Of a stretch of 54,293 nucleotides of DNA, positions 29,489 to 37,933 are shown in pieces; within the stretch, counting starts at the first letter, position 1; each line of letters begins with the position of its first letter. Made by a program: the position numbers and the translations under genes. The notes below the pieces were generated by a model. That model was not told where the DNA came from, did no database searches, and saw only the letters and a list, made by a program, of their open reading frames with translations. The DNA comes from Candidatus Sericytochromatia bacterium (GTDB lineage Bacteria; Cyanobacteriota; Sericytochromatia; S15B-MN24; UBA4093). The stretch spans positions 1 to 54,293 of the forward strand of contig JAKFCT010000023.1 in NCBI GenBank assembly GCA_036676495.1. Direction: 5' to 3'.

Positions 29489-29776
29489 ATGAACAATCTC
29501 GGCGTCGACTTCAACCGCCAGGTCCTCCAGGACGCCAAGCTCAGCCCCGAGCAGCGCAAGCTCAAGGCGGTCTGCCGGGAGTTCGAGGCGGTGATGATCG
29601 CCCAGATGCTCTCGCAGGTCCATGCGTCGAGCAAGGGCGGCATGCTGGACGGGGGATCCGCCATGCGGACCTACCGCACCATGATGGACGACGCCCTGGC
29701 CCGGGACATCGCGCATGGCGAGGGCATGGGGGTGGCCGACGTTCTTTACAAGCAGCTGGCGGCTCGCCAGAAGTAA
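29489..29776 (+). CDS. flgJ: Rod-binding FlgJ N-terminal-domain-only protein
   Basis: KLKAVCREFEAVMIAQML...YRTMMDDALA...GMGVADVLYKQL; no muramidase domain. Confidence 0.85.
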   Translation: MNNLGVDFNRQVLQDAKLSPEQRKLKAVCREFEAVMIAQMLSQVHASSKGGMLDGGSAMRTYRTMMDDALARDIAHGEGMGVADVLYKQLAARQK

Positions 29777-29787
29777 AATCGGCGCGA

Positions 29788-29843
29788 TGAAACGAAAGGG
29801 CTGCTCGGGTGCCGGCTGGCATTCAGGCAGCCCTTTCGTTTCA
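29788..29843. terminator. Long hairpin between flgJ and yvyF
   Basis: TGAAACGAAAGGGCTGC...GCAGCCCTTTCGTTTCA with an inner stem. Confidence 0.65.
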
Positions 29844-29872
29844 ACCATCAAGTTTCCGGGAAAGCAAGGCAT

Positions 29873-30208
29873 ATGCCACTTGCGAACTGCTCACGCTGCA
29901 ATCGACTCTTCAATCGTACGCTTCACGAGGTCTGTACGGACTGCCGGGAGGCGGAGGACGCCGCATTCGTGGTGCTGTCCGAGTACTTGCCGCGCCATCC
30001 GGATGAGACCTTGGAACAGGTGGCGGTGGGCGTCGGGCTCGAGCCGGAGCTGATCCGGCGCATGGTGAATTCGGGCCGGCTGGTGGGTTTCGACTCGCTG
30101 GCCATGTCGGTGCTTTCGTGTCAGCGTTGCCGAACGCCGATCGCCACGGGCCGATTCTGCGGCCCTTGCCGCCAGGAGCTGCGTGAAGGATTCTCCTCCT
30201 CCCGCTGA
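29873..30208 (+). CDS. YvyF-like flagellar operon zinc-ribbon protein
   Basis: LANCSRCNRLF..VCTDC..., CQRC..I.TGRFCGPC; position before flgM as in Bacillus. Confidence 0.85.
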   Translation: MPLANCSRCNRLFNRTLHEVCTDCREAEDAAFVVLSEYLPRHPDETLEQVAVGVGLEPELIRRMVNSGRLVGFDSLAMSVLSCQRCRTPIATGRFCGPCRQELREGFSSSR

Positions 30209-30244
30209 TTCCCGTGGGCTCTCCGTGAATCTTCACTGCTTACC

Positions 30245-30271
30245 TCAAGTCCTGCCATGCCCTGCCGATAG
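30245..30271 (+). promoter_or_regulatory. sigma-28 promoter upstream of flgM
   Basis: TCAA-N15-GCCGATAG. Confidence 0.75.
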
Positions 30272-30318
30272 GGTAAGTAGAGACCCCGCGACCGCAATAC
30301 GGGGAAAGGGTGAAGCCA

Positions 30319-30615
30319 GTGAGAATCTCTAACGAACAAATTCAACAGATCCTGCAGACCCAGGCCGTGAAGGCCAAGGGTACTTCTGCGGGGACGTCTC
30401 GCGTAGACGGAATTCAGGCTACCGATGCCGCTCAGTTCTCGCTCACCAGTCAGGAAGTGACGAAGGCGCTGGGCGTGATCGCCAAGCAGCCGGCGCTTCG
30501 GGCCGATCGAGTCGCGGAGTTGCAGGCGCAGCTTGCGGCCGGGACCTATCAGGTCTCCGGGCAGGACATCGCTCGGGCGATCATGTCGCGCAACCTGGCC
30601 GACGATCTCCAGTAG
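30319..30615 (+). CDS. flgM: Anti-sigma-28 factor FlgM
   Basis: RADRVAELQAQLAAGTYQVSGQDIARAI; GTG start 30319 (alternative 30310). Confidence 0.9.
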   Translation: MRISNEQIQQILQTQAVKAKGTSAGTSRVDGIQATDAAQFSLTSQEVTKALGVIAKQPALRADRVAELQAQLAAGTYQVSGQDIARAIMSRNLADDLQ

Positions 30616-30629
30616 CGGGACGTCAAACG

Positions 30630-31136
30630 ATGGATGAGAGGGCTATGGGGCTCGAGGAGCAGCTCGCCGAGCTTGAGTCGCTGTTGCGCGACGAGCTTTC
30701 GGCGTATACGCACCTGGTGAATCGTCTCCCCTTCAAGATCGCGCTGATCAAGAAGAACCGGGCGACCCAGTTCGAGCGCCTGATCGCTCAGGAATCGGGT
30801 GAGATGGAGGTCTTGAATGGCCTCGAGCGCCAGCGTGCCGAGGTTTCCGAGGCGATCGCCCGGATCCTGCCGCTGCCGGCCCGCACCCTGAACGAGATGC
30901 TGCCCCAGATTCCTGTCGCTTGGCAGGAGCGCCTCGCACCACTGGGCTCGGAACTGAGGGCCAGGGTGGCGGATCTGCAAGCGGGCAATCAAACGTGCCG
31001 GGACCTGCTGCGCCTCTCCATCGATTACGCGGCTTACACCTTGGACCTGATCGCCCAAGCGGCGACCCCTGAGGGGATGGTCTACGACGGGAGCGTCGCG
31101 CAGGCTCCCAGCCTACTCGTGGATCGGAGGGCCTGA
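30630..31136 (+). CDS. flgN: Flagellar export chaperone FlgN
   Basis: Helical, position between flgM and flgK, C-terminal LVDRRA; start may be 30645. Confidence 0.8.
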   Translation: MDERAMGLEEQLAELESLLRDELSAYTHLVNRLPFKIALIKKNRATQFERLIAQESGEMEVLNGLERQRAEVSEAIARILPLPARTLNEMLPQIPVAWQERLAPLGSELRARVADLQAGNQTCRDLLRLSIDYAAYTLDLIAQAATPEGMVYDGSVAQAPSLLVDRRA

Positions 31137-32623
31137 TGGATTACTCGATGCTCGGCATCAACGCGGCGGTCCGAGGGATGGCTGCCGCCCAGACCGCCCT
31201 CAACACCATGGGGCATAACGTCGCCAACGCCAACACGGAGGGCTATTCGCGCCAGCGGGTGAACGTCTCGCCGGCCTCGCCGCTCCCGACCCCCGGCTTC
31301 AACACCCCGGTTCGCCTGGCGTCCCTGGGAGCCGGCACCCAGATCAACGGCATCAATCGCCTGCGCGACGAGTTCCTCGACCTCCAGGTCCGGCGTGAGA
31401 ACGCGGTTCTGGGGGCCAACGAATCGTTCGCCGAGAACGTCAAGCTGATCGAGGACATCTTCCACGAGCCTTCGGAGACGGGGCTCTCCAGCCTGATGGA
31501 CAAGTTCTTCAACTCCTGGCACACGTTGACCTCCAATCCGGAGGCGCCGGGGGTTCGGGCCGTCGTGCGCGACCAGGCCGCGACCCTGGCCACGGCCCTC
31601 AACGATGCCTCCCAGCGCTTGATCACGCAGCGCAAGGAGCTCGACGCGCAGGTCCAGAACAACATCACGGATATCAACCTTTTCAGCCGGCAAATCGCTC
31701 AGCTCAACGTTCAGATCGCCGAGGTGCAGGTGGGTGGCGGGTCTGCCAACCAGCTTCTGGATCAGCGCGATCTCTTGCTCGAGAAGATGTCGAAGCTGAT
31801 CAAGGTGCACACGGTTCAGCATGAGGACGGCAAGGTCTGGGTCTATCTTCACGGTCGCGCCCTGGTGGCCGGCAACGTGCCGACGCCGCTGGACTACCGC
31901 CCCAACGCCGAAGGTGGCTATTCGGACGTCGTCTTCGAGGGGAAAGCGATCCCCAATGACGAGACCGGTGGGTCGGTCGGCGCCCTTTTGGAGCTGCGTG
32001 ACCAGATCATCGGCCGGGAGCGTTTCCAAACGCCGTTGCCGGGCGTGGACCCCACTCCGAACGGGATCCTTTACCGCCTCGATTCCTTGGCCAATCAACT
32101 GGCTCAAGAGGTCAACGCCTTGCATCGGGCGGGATCGCTCACGGACGGGACGGTCAGCGGGCTGGATTTCTTCGTGAACCGCCGCGATCCGCTCTCGCCG
32201 ACCATGGGAGCGGGGCAGATCGAGGTCAACCCGGACATCATGAACGGCACGGCCGGGCTGGCGCTGATTGCGACCGGCGGCACTCCCTCGTCGGGTCCTG
32301 GCGACACCGGGACCGCCAAGCTGATCGCGGCGCTCCGCAACAAGCCGACCATGAGTCCGACGGCGTCCTTCGAGGACGACTACCGCAATTTCCTGGCGGC
32401 CCTGGGCGTCACGGGCCAATCGGCCCAGCGCATGGTCAAGAACCAGGGAGAGGTGCTCCAGCACCTCTCGGAGCGCAAGGAAGAAGTCTCGGGCGTCAAC
32501 ATGGACGAGGAGATGGCGGACATGGTCCGCTATCAGCATGCCTACCAGGCTTCGGCGCGGGCGCTCAACGCCTTCGACGAGATCCTCGATCGGATCATCA
32601 ACGGCCTCGGGGCGGGCCGCTAA
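31136..32623 (+). CDS. flgK: Hook-associated protein FlgK
   Basis: GHNVANANTEGYSRQRV, LLDQRDLL, SGVNMDEEMADMVRYQHAYQASAR. Confidence 0.96.
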   Translation: MDYSMLGINAAVRGMAAAQTALNTMGHNVANANTEGYSRQRVNVSPASPLPTPGFNTPVRLASLGAGTQINGINRLRDEFLDLQVRRENAVLGANESFAENVKLIEDIFHEPSETGLSSLMDKFFNSWHTLTSNPEAPGVRAVVRDQAATLATALNDASQRLITQRKELDAQVQNNITDINLFSRQIAQLNVQIAEVQVGGGSANQLLDQRDLLLEKMSKLIKVHTVQHEDGKVWVYLHGRALVAGNVPTPLDYRPNAEGGYSDVVFEGKAIPNDETGGSVGALLELRDQIIGRERFQTPLPGVDPTPNGILYRLDSLANQLAQEVNALHRAGSLTDGTVSGLDFFVNRRDPLSPTMGAGQIEVNPDIMNGTAGLALIATGGTPSSGPGDTGTAKLIAALRNKPTMSPTASFEDDYRNFLAALGVTGQSAQRMVKNQGEVLQHLSERKEEVSGVNMDEEMADMVRYQHAYQASARALNAFDEILDRIINGLGAGR

Positions 32624-32684
32624 GCGACTAGGGCGACTGCCAGCGGCTAACTAGCGCCAGCGGCTAATTGAGGAGGTTAGGGGC

Positions 32685-33644
32685 ATGCGCGTTACCAACA
32701 ACATGATCTTCGGGGCGACCACCCGCAACGCGAAGGCGCACCTCGAGAAGCTCTTCAGCCTGCAAAACCAGCTGGCTACCGGCAAGAAGATCACGCGCCC
32801 GTCGGACGATCCCACGGCGACGGATCGCGCCATGCTCCTCCGGGGGACCCTGAAGCAGCAGGAGCAGTACCAGGAGAACATCCGGGATGCCGGCACGTGG
32901 TTGAAAATCACCGATGGCGCCCTCGACGAGGCCCACTCCGTCATGGACCGGGCCCGCGAACTGGCGGTCCGCGGCGCCAACGATCACCAAAAGGCGGACG
33001 AGCGCCGGGCGATGGCCGAGGAGGTCAAGCAGCTCCGCGAGCAGCTCCAGGTGATCGCCAACTCCGAGATCAACGGCCGCTTCGTCTTCGGCGGCACCAA
33101 GACGATCGTCCAGCCGACGGCGGTTCCGCCCTTCAGCTTGCCTTATCCCGATCCCGTCGCTCCGGCCACCGAGATCATCTATGCCGGCAATGATGTCGGC
33201 ATGGACGTCGAGGTGGTGCCTGGCGTGACGCTTGCCTTCAATACGACCGGTACGTCCGCGTTCGGCGTCGATGCGGCCACCGCCGTCCGGCTGGGCCTTC
33301 CCGCCGATGCCGATCCCGCCTTCAAGGTCCTCGAGGATCTCGAGAACGCCCTGCTCGCCGGTGATGCGAATCTCATCAGCACCCAGATCGGCCGTCTCGA
33401 CCAGGCGATGAGTCGGGTGACGACCGAGCGCGCGGTGGTCGGTAGCCGTATCAACCGTTTGGATTTGCTGGAAGAGCGCTATGCCGATGCGGCGATCTCG
33501 TACAAGGAGCGCCTTTCCGAGACGGAAGAGCCCGAGTTCGCGGACGTGGTCTCGCAGGTGATGCAGCAGGAAGCGGTCTATCAGGCCTCCCTGGCGGCGA
33601 GCTCGCGCATCATCCAGCCGTCGCTGTTGGACTATTTACGGTAG
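32685..33644 (+). CDS. flgL: Hook-associated protein FlgL
   Basis: MRVTNNM, ATGKKITRPSDDP, GRFVFGG, YQASL..SRIIQPSLLDYLR. Confidence 0.96.
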   Translation: MRVTNNMIFGATTRNAKAHLEKLFSLQNQLATGKKITRPSDDPTATDRAMLLRGTLKQQEQYQENIRDAGTWLKITDGALDEAHSVMDRARELAVRGANDHQKADERRAMAEEVKQLREQLQVIANSEINGRFVFGGTKTIVQPTAVPPFSLPYPDPVAPATEIIYAGNDVGMDVEVVPGVTLAFNTTGTSAFGVDAATAVRLGLPADADPAFKVLEDLENALLAGDANLISTQIGRLDQAMSRVTTERAVVGSRINRLDLLEERYADAAISYKERLSETEEPEFADVVSQVMQQEAVYQASLAASSRIIQPSLLDYLR

Positions 33645-33682
33645 AATAGAGCGGAATCCCGCGTCACGACCGAGGTCACTTC

Positions 33683-34120
33683 ATGAAGCTCGAAACCCGT
33701 CAGTTTGGTCCGCTCGAGATCGAACCGGCCAGCATCCTCACGTTTCCCTCGGGGCTTCTCGGTTTCGAGGAGCTCAAGCGCTTCGTCCTGCTGGAGCGTC
33801 CGGAAATCGCTCCGCTCGAATGGCTCCAGTCGGTGGAGAACCCGCAGATCGTCTTCACGGTCATCGATCCCTCCGTGGTTTTCGGGGATTACCATCCTGA
33901 ACTCACGTCGGAGGACTGGCAGGCGCTGGATCTGCCGGAAGGCGCCCCCGTGCAGGTGCGGGTGCTGGTGACCGTCCCCAAGGACCCCGCCGAGATGACC
34001 GCCAATCTGCTCGGGCCGCTCGTGATCAGCCCTGAGCGCGGCAAGGGGCGCCAGGTGGTCCTGGTCAATTCGGAGTACCCCGTGCGCCAGCGGCTGCTTT
34101 CCGAGCCGGCCGCGGTCTAG
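33683..34120 (+). CDS. fliW: Flagellar assembly factor FliW
   Basis: TRQFG..I..FPSGLLGFE, WLQSV, MTANLLGPLVI. Confidence 0.95.
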   Translation: MKLETRQFGPLEIEPASILTFPSGLLGFEELKRFVLLERPEIAPLEWLQSVENPQIVFTVIDPSVVFGDYHPELTSEDWQALDLPEGAPVQVRVLVTVPKDPAEMTANLLGPLVISPERGKGRQVVLVNSEYPVRQRLLSEPAAV

Positions 34121-34128
34121 GAGGTCAC

Positions 34129-34371
34129 TTGCTCGTCCTGAATCGCAAACCCAACCAGAGCATCATGATCGGCGAGGACATCGAGGTCGTCATCCTCGAG
34201 GTCAAGGGGGACAACGTCAAGGTCGGCCTGAAGGCGCCCCGGAACGTGCCGGTCTTCCGCCAGGAGCTGCTGGCCGAACTGAAGGCCGAAAACCAGCGCG
34301 CGGCGGCCCAGGCCGCCCCCGAGGCGGCTGCCCAGTTGCTCAAGCAGGCCATCCAGAAGCCCCAAGCCTAG
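34129..34371 (+). CDS. csrA: Carbon storage regulator CsrA (FliW-type with C-terminal extension)
   Basis: MLVLNRKPNQSIMIGEDIEV...VKVGLKAPRNVPVFRQEL..AENQ; TTG start after GGAGG. Confidence 0.95.
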   Translation: MLVLNRKPNQSIMIGEDIEVVILEVKGDNVKVGLKAPRNVPVFRQELLAELKAENQRAAAQAAPEAAAQLLKQAIQKPQA

Positions 34372-34393
34372 CCGTTTCCTGGCATCACGTCGT

Positions 34394-34433
34394 GCAAGGA
34401 CACCGCTCCCCGAGGGAGCGGTGTCCTTGCTTT
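34394..34433 (+). terminator. Terminator after csrA
   Basis: GCAAGGACACCGCTCCC-cga-GGGAGCGGTGTCCTTGC-TTT. Confidence 0.8.
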
Positions 34434-34441
34434 GCTTGACC

Positions 34442-34471
34442 TTGATAGGACTCCGAAGCCAGTGGTATAAA
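34442..34471 (+). promoter_or_regulatory. sigma-70 promoter of flhF-flhG
   Basis: TTGATA-N18-TATAAA with extended TG. Confidence 0.65.
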
Positions 34472-34511
34472 GGGGAGGTTGGCCTCCCTTTAGACCCGTG
34501 ATCGAGGCAGC

Positions 34512-34595
34512 AGCGCCTGTGGCACTACCGCAAGGTAGCGCCTGAGGCCCAACCCGCTGACGAGGCGAAGCCGAGTGCCGGCGGGTGAACTTAGC
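34512..34595 (+). promoter_or_regulatory. Structured leader element in the flhF 5' UTR (homologous to the 43384-43606 array unit)
   Basis: AGCGCCUGUGGC..ACC-GCAA-GGU, then AGCGCCUGAGGC-CCA-ACCCGCUGACGAGGCGAAGCCGAGUGCCGGCGGGUGAACUUAGC. Confidence 0.65.
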
Positions 34596-34674
34596 TGAGA
34601 ATGAGGGTGAATTAGGTGATACCGCGGCGTCTAGACTGGCCACTCGCGGTCCTGAAGGAAGGACGTTCGCTCTC

Positions 34675-35898
34675 GTGAAGATCCGCCAATTTACCGCCTC
34701 CACCATGCAGGAGGCGCGGATGAAGATCAAGATGGATCTCGGCCCCGACGCCGTGATCTTGCACTCGCGCACCTTCAAGCGCGGCGGCATCTTCGGCTTC
34801 TTCGGCAAGGAGCAGGTCGAAGTCCTGGCGGCAATCGACACTCCCGAGCGCCCCTTTACCCTGCGTCCCTCCGCGCCGGCGGCTCCCCCGACTCCGGCGG
34901 CTCCCCCGGAACCCGTCGTGCGGGTCGCCGAAGCCCCCGCGCGCGCGCCCGCTCCTCAGGAACCGCGGATTGAAATGGCCGCCACCATCCCGATTGCGTC
35001 CCGCGGAGCGGAGAACGCCGAACTCGCGGAGATTCGCGAGGCGGTCGGCGAGGTCAAGCAAATCCTGAGCACGGTCAAGACCCAGCTCGATTTGCCGCGC
35101 GCCGCCGGAGCCGCACCGTGGCCTGAGAAGTGGCAGCCCTTTTACGAGCGCATGGTCGCTTCGGAACTGGATCCGTCCCTCATCCAGACCCTGATGACCC
35201 GGCTCCAGCAGGAGTCGGAGGTCGAGGCGGGCGTCCGCGCCCTCGAATCCACCATCGAGGAGTGGCTGAAGGGGGGCGGCCCCATTCAAACCGCCACCGG
35301 TTCCGGACCGACCATCGTGGCCCTGGTCGGCCCCACCGGCGTGGGGAAGACCACGACGATCGCCAAGCTCGCCGCCAACTTCCGCCTCCTCGCCCAGAAG
35401 GACGTGGGCCTGATCACCATCGACACCTACCGGGTAGCGGCCGTCGAGCAGCTGAGAACCTACGGGGACATCATCGGGATTCCCGTCGAGGTCGTGCTGA
35501 CTCCCAGCGCCCTCAAGCAAGCCTTGGATCGCTTCCAGAACAAGGACCTGGTCCTGATCGACACGGCGGGGCGATCGCCCACCAACCGCATGCACCTCAA
35601 CGAGCTCAAGGGCTTCCTCGATTTCCCCCACCCCAAGGAAGTCCACCTGGTCCTCTCGGCCACCACCAATCGCGCCAACCTCCAGAAGGTCGTCGAGGCC
35701 TTCACTCCGGTCGGCATCGATCGCCTGGCCTTCACCAAGATCGACGAGTCCGTCGCCTTCGGAGGCCTCGTCTCGACGGCCTATGCCCTGGGCAAGCCTC
35801 TCAGTTACCTGACCACGGGGCAAAGCGTTCCGGATGACATCCGCGAGGCGGATCCCCGGGCGATCGCCAAGTCCCTGATCGACGAGCTCCTGGCATGA
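34675..35898 (+). CDS. flhF: Flagellar biosynthesis SRP-GTPase FlhF
   Basis: (M)KIRQFTA..MQEA..KIKMDLGPDAVIL; GPTGVGKTTTIAKLAA, DTYRVAAVEQL, DTAGRS, TKIDE, TTGQSVPDD. Confidence 0.96.
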   Translation: MKIRQFTASTMQEARMKIKMDLGPDAVILHSRTFKRGGIFGFFGKEQVEVLAAIDTPERPFTLRPSAPAAPPTPAAPPEPVVRVAEAPARAPAPQEPRIEMAATIPIASRGAENAELAEIREAVGEVKQILSTVKTQLDLPRAAGAAPWPEKWQPFYERMVASELDPSLIQTLMTRLQQESEVEAGVRALESTIEEWLKGGGPIQTATGSGPTIVALVGPTGVGKTTTIAKLAANFRLLAQKDVGLITIDTYRVAAVEQLRTYGDIIGIPVEVVLTPSALKQALDRFQNKDLVLIDTAGRSPTNRMHLNELKGFLDFPHPKEVHLVLSATTNRANLQKVVEAFTPVGIDRLAFTKIDESVAFGGLVSTAYALGKPLSYLTTGQSVPDDIREADPRAIAKSLIDELLA

Positions 35899-36785
35899 GC
35901 GATCAGGCCGAGAAGCTGCGCGCTCTCGTGCAGCAACAGAGCGAAAAGCTCCCCCCATCGGTCTCCGACGCCCCGCGCCCTCGCTTCAAGACCCGCACCA
36001 TCGTCGTCACCAGCGGCAAGGGCGGCGTCGGAAAGACCAATCTCACCGTCAACCTCGCCCTGGCCTTCGCCAAGCGCGGCAAGAAGACCCTGCTCTTCGA
36101 CGCCGACCTCGGCATGGCCAACCTGGACGTCCTGCTGGGCATCTCGCCGCCGCATACCCTGGTCGACGTGATTCACGACCGGAAGCGCCTCGAAGAGGTG
36201 ATCTTCCCCATCGGCGAAAACCTCGAACTGGTCCCGGGAGGCTCGGGCATCAGCGAGCTCGCCAACCTGCCGGCCGAAAAGATGGAGCATCTCCTCTCCC
36301 GGCTCTCGGAAATCGAGGGGCGCTCGGAGATCCTGCTGATCGACACGGGGGCGGGAATTTCGCGGCAGGTGCTGGACTTCGTCCTGGCGGCCCACGAGGT
36401 GATCGTCGTGACCACGCCGGAGCCGACGGCCATCACGGACGCTTACGGGATGATCAAGGCGCTGAACACGCAAAACCCCGGAGCGACGGTGCACTTGCTG
36501 GTGAATCAGGCCGATTCGGAGCAGGAGGCCCGCTCGGTAGCCTCCAAGCTCACGATGATCGTCGAGCGCTTCCTCGAGATCAGGCTTCACTTCCTGGGCT
36601 TCGTCGAGAAGGACGTCAACGTGGGGCGGGCCGTCCTTCAGCAGCGGCCGTTCTCGGCGCTGTACCCGTACGCGGTGGCCACGCGTCGCGTCAACATCCT
36701 GGCCGGCACGCTGCTCGTCCAGATCGAGGAGCCGGCGGCGCGTGAAGGCTTCTTCTCGCGCTTCTTCCGCCGGCTCTCCAAGTAG
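35895..36785 (+). CDS. flhG: MinD-like ATPase FlhG/FleN
   Basis: DQAEKLR, SGKGGVGKTN, DADLGMAN, DTGAG, TPEPTAITDAY, C-terminal amphipathic GFFSRFFRRL. Confidence 0.95.
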   Translation: MSDQAEKLRALVQQQSEKLPPSVSDAPRPRFKTRTIVVTSGKGGVGKTNLTVNLALAFAKRGKKTLLFDADLGMANLDVLLGISPPHTLVDVIHDRKRLEEVIFPIGENLELVPGGSGISELANLPAEKMEHLLSRLSEIEGRSEILLIDTGAGISRQVLDFVLAAHEVIVVTTPEPTAITDAYGMIKALNTQNPGATVHLLVNQADSEQEARSVASKLTMIVERFLEIRLHFLGFVEKDVNVGRAVLQQRPFSALYPYAVATRRVNILAGTLLVQIEEPAAREGFFSRFFRRLSK

Positions 36786-36811
36786 CGCGCCCGCGCCATA
36801 TGCTCCTCATG

Positions 36812-36847
36812 GAATCGAGCGCCGACGATGTCGTCGGCGCTCGATTC
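36812..36847. terminator. 17-bp perfect inverted repeat between convergent genes
   Basis: GAATCGAGCGCCGACGA-tg-TCGTCGGCGCTCGATTC. Confidence 0.75.
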
Positions 36848-36866
36848 TATTGAAGGCCTGGAGCCA

Positions 36867-36970
36867 GCTTAAGCGTCTTGGTGCTTGTTGCGGCGGCGGC
36901 AGCGCCTGCGGCTTACCCGCCGCCATTACCTGGCCTGCTTAAGCTTCTTGGTGCTTGTTGCGGCGGCGGC
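36867..36970. repeat. 34-bp direct repeat duplicating the 3' end of the HTH gene
   Basis: 36867-36900 and 36937-36970 are identical at 33/34 positions. Confidence 0.9.
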
Positions 36971-37700
36971 TTTGAAGGTAGGCGCGGCCGTTGCGGACCG
37001 TCTGCAGGGCCCGGCTGACTTCCGACTCCAGCTGAGCGAGCACCTGATCGGCGTAGCGCTCGGCCGAGACCCGCATCTCGTGGGCTTCGCGCTGCGCGCT
37101 GGCCACGATCTTCTGGGCCTCCTGCTTGGCCCGGGTGATGTCCCCTTCGGGATCGGTGCTGGGGGGGACGCGCTCGGAAAGGAAGCTGGGAAGGCCGTTA
37201 TCTCCCACCGGAGCGATCCGGGCCGGCTCCTCGTAGCGAAGCTCGGGCGTCATGGGGGCGACGTCGGGACGCGGGGGGAGGCTCGTCTGAGTGACCAGCG
37301 GCTCGGCCTTGGGGACCGCGTGCTCGGTGTAGGATTCCTCGGCCACCGAGGGCTCGAGGGGGACCAGGGTCTCGTAGCGCCGATCCGAGCGGGAAGCTTC
37401 GTCCCGGGCGATCTCGGCGAGGTAGTTGGAGGCGGCCGCGCTCACCGTGAGCTTGGGCGAAAGCTGCTGGCTCTGGTCCTGCTGGTACTGCAGTACCAGC
37501 TCGCTCCCGTTCAGGCCCATCAGCTTGGCGTACTGACGAATGTAGCCATGGATGTAGACGGGGGCGGGAAGCTTGGAGACGTCTCCCTCTTCGAGGGCGA
37601 CGAGATAGGGAAGCTTGATATAGGTCCGCTGGGCCACTTCATCGAGGGAAATTCCCTTGGCTTCGCGGGTTTGACGTAGGATCTGGCTGACAGAGGGCAT
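36939..37700 (-). CDS. RodZ-type helix-turn-helix protein with DivIVA-like coiled-coil C-terminus, no TM segment
   Basis: LRQTREAKGISLDEVAQRTYIKLPYLVALEEG..LPAPVYIHGYIRQYAKLMGL; tail AKQEAQKIVASAQREA..AERYADQVLAQLE..VRNGR; AGGAG SD before ATG 37700. Confidence 0.8.
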   Translation of the reverse strand: MPSVSQILRQTREAKGISLDEVAQRTYIKLPYLVALEEGDVSKLPAPVYIHGYIRQYAKLMGLNGSELVLQYQQDQSQQLSPKLTVSAAASNYLAEIARDEASRSDRRYETLVPLEPSVAEESYTEHAVPKAEPLVTQTSLPPRPDVAPMTPELRYEEPARIAPVGDNGLPSFLSERVPPSTDPEGDITRAKQEAQKIVASAQREAHEMRVSAERYADQVLAQLESEVSRALQTVRNGRAYLQSRRRNKHQEA

Positions 37701-37933
37701 ATACCGGTCACTCCTACCGTATGTTGCGGCGTTCAAGAGGCTAATCGAGCGGTCGGGGACCATTCTAACATAACGCGATCACTTGCCAACCCCTCTCCAT
37801 GTCGCTCATGCGACCTATCGCCATGGAGACATGTGATGGATGCACCAACGAGGCGCTTTTGCTTGGATGTTAAATTTTGTTTGCCCGATCGCTGCGCCCC
37901 GCCGTGAGCCGGGCTGCGGGGTACAATGAGCCC

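Noticed and set aside
34552-34590. Hammerhead ribozyme (CUGACGA + stem II)
   Set aside because: GAG replaces GAAA and there is no stem III or UH cleavage site
34512-34600. TPP, glycine or c-di-GMP-I riboswitch
   Set aside because: Only fragments resemble them (CUGAG..ACCCG, CGCC..AGG, GNRA loop); the remaining conserved cores are missing. An Rfam scan is still needed
36808-36927. Short minus-strand ORF (MAAGKPQALPPPQQ...) across the duplicated segment
   Set aside because: Weak SD, and it runs through the repeat and terminator hairpin; no coding evidence
36867-36970. Diversity-generating retroelement TR/VR pair
   Set aside because: Only 34 bp with one mismatch, and no reverse transcriptase in the window
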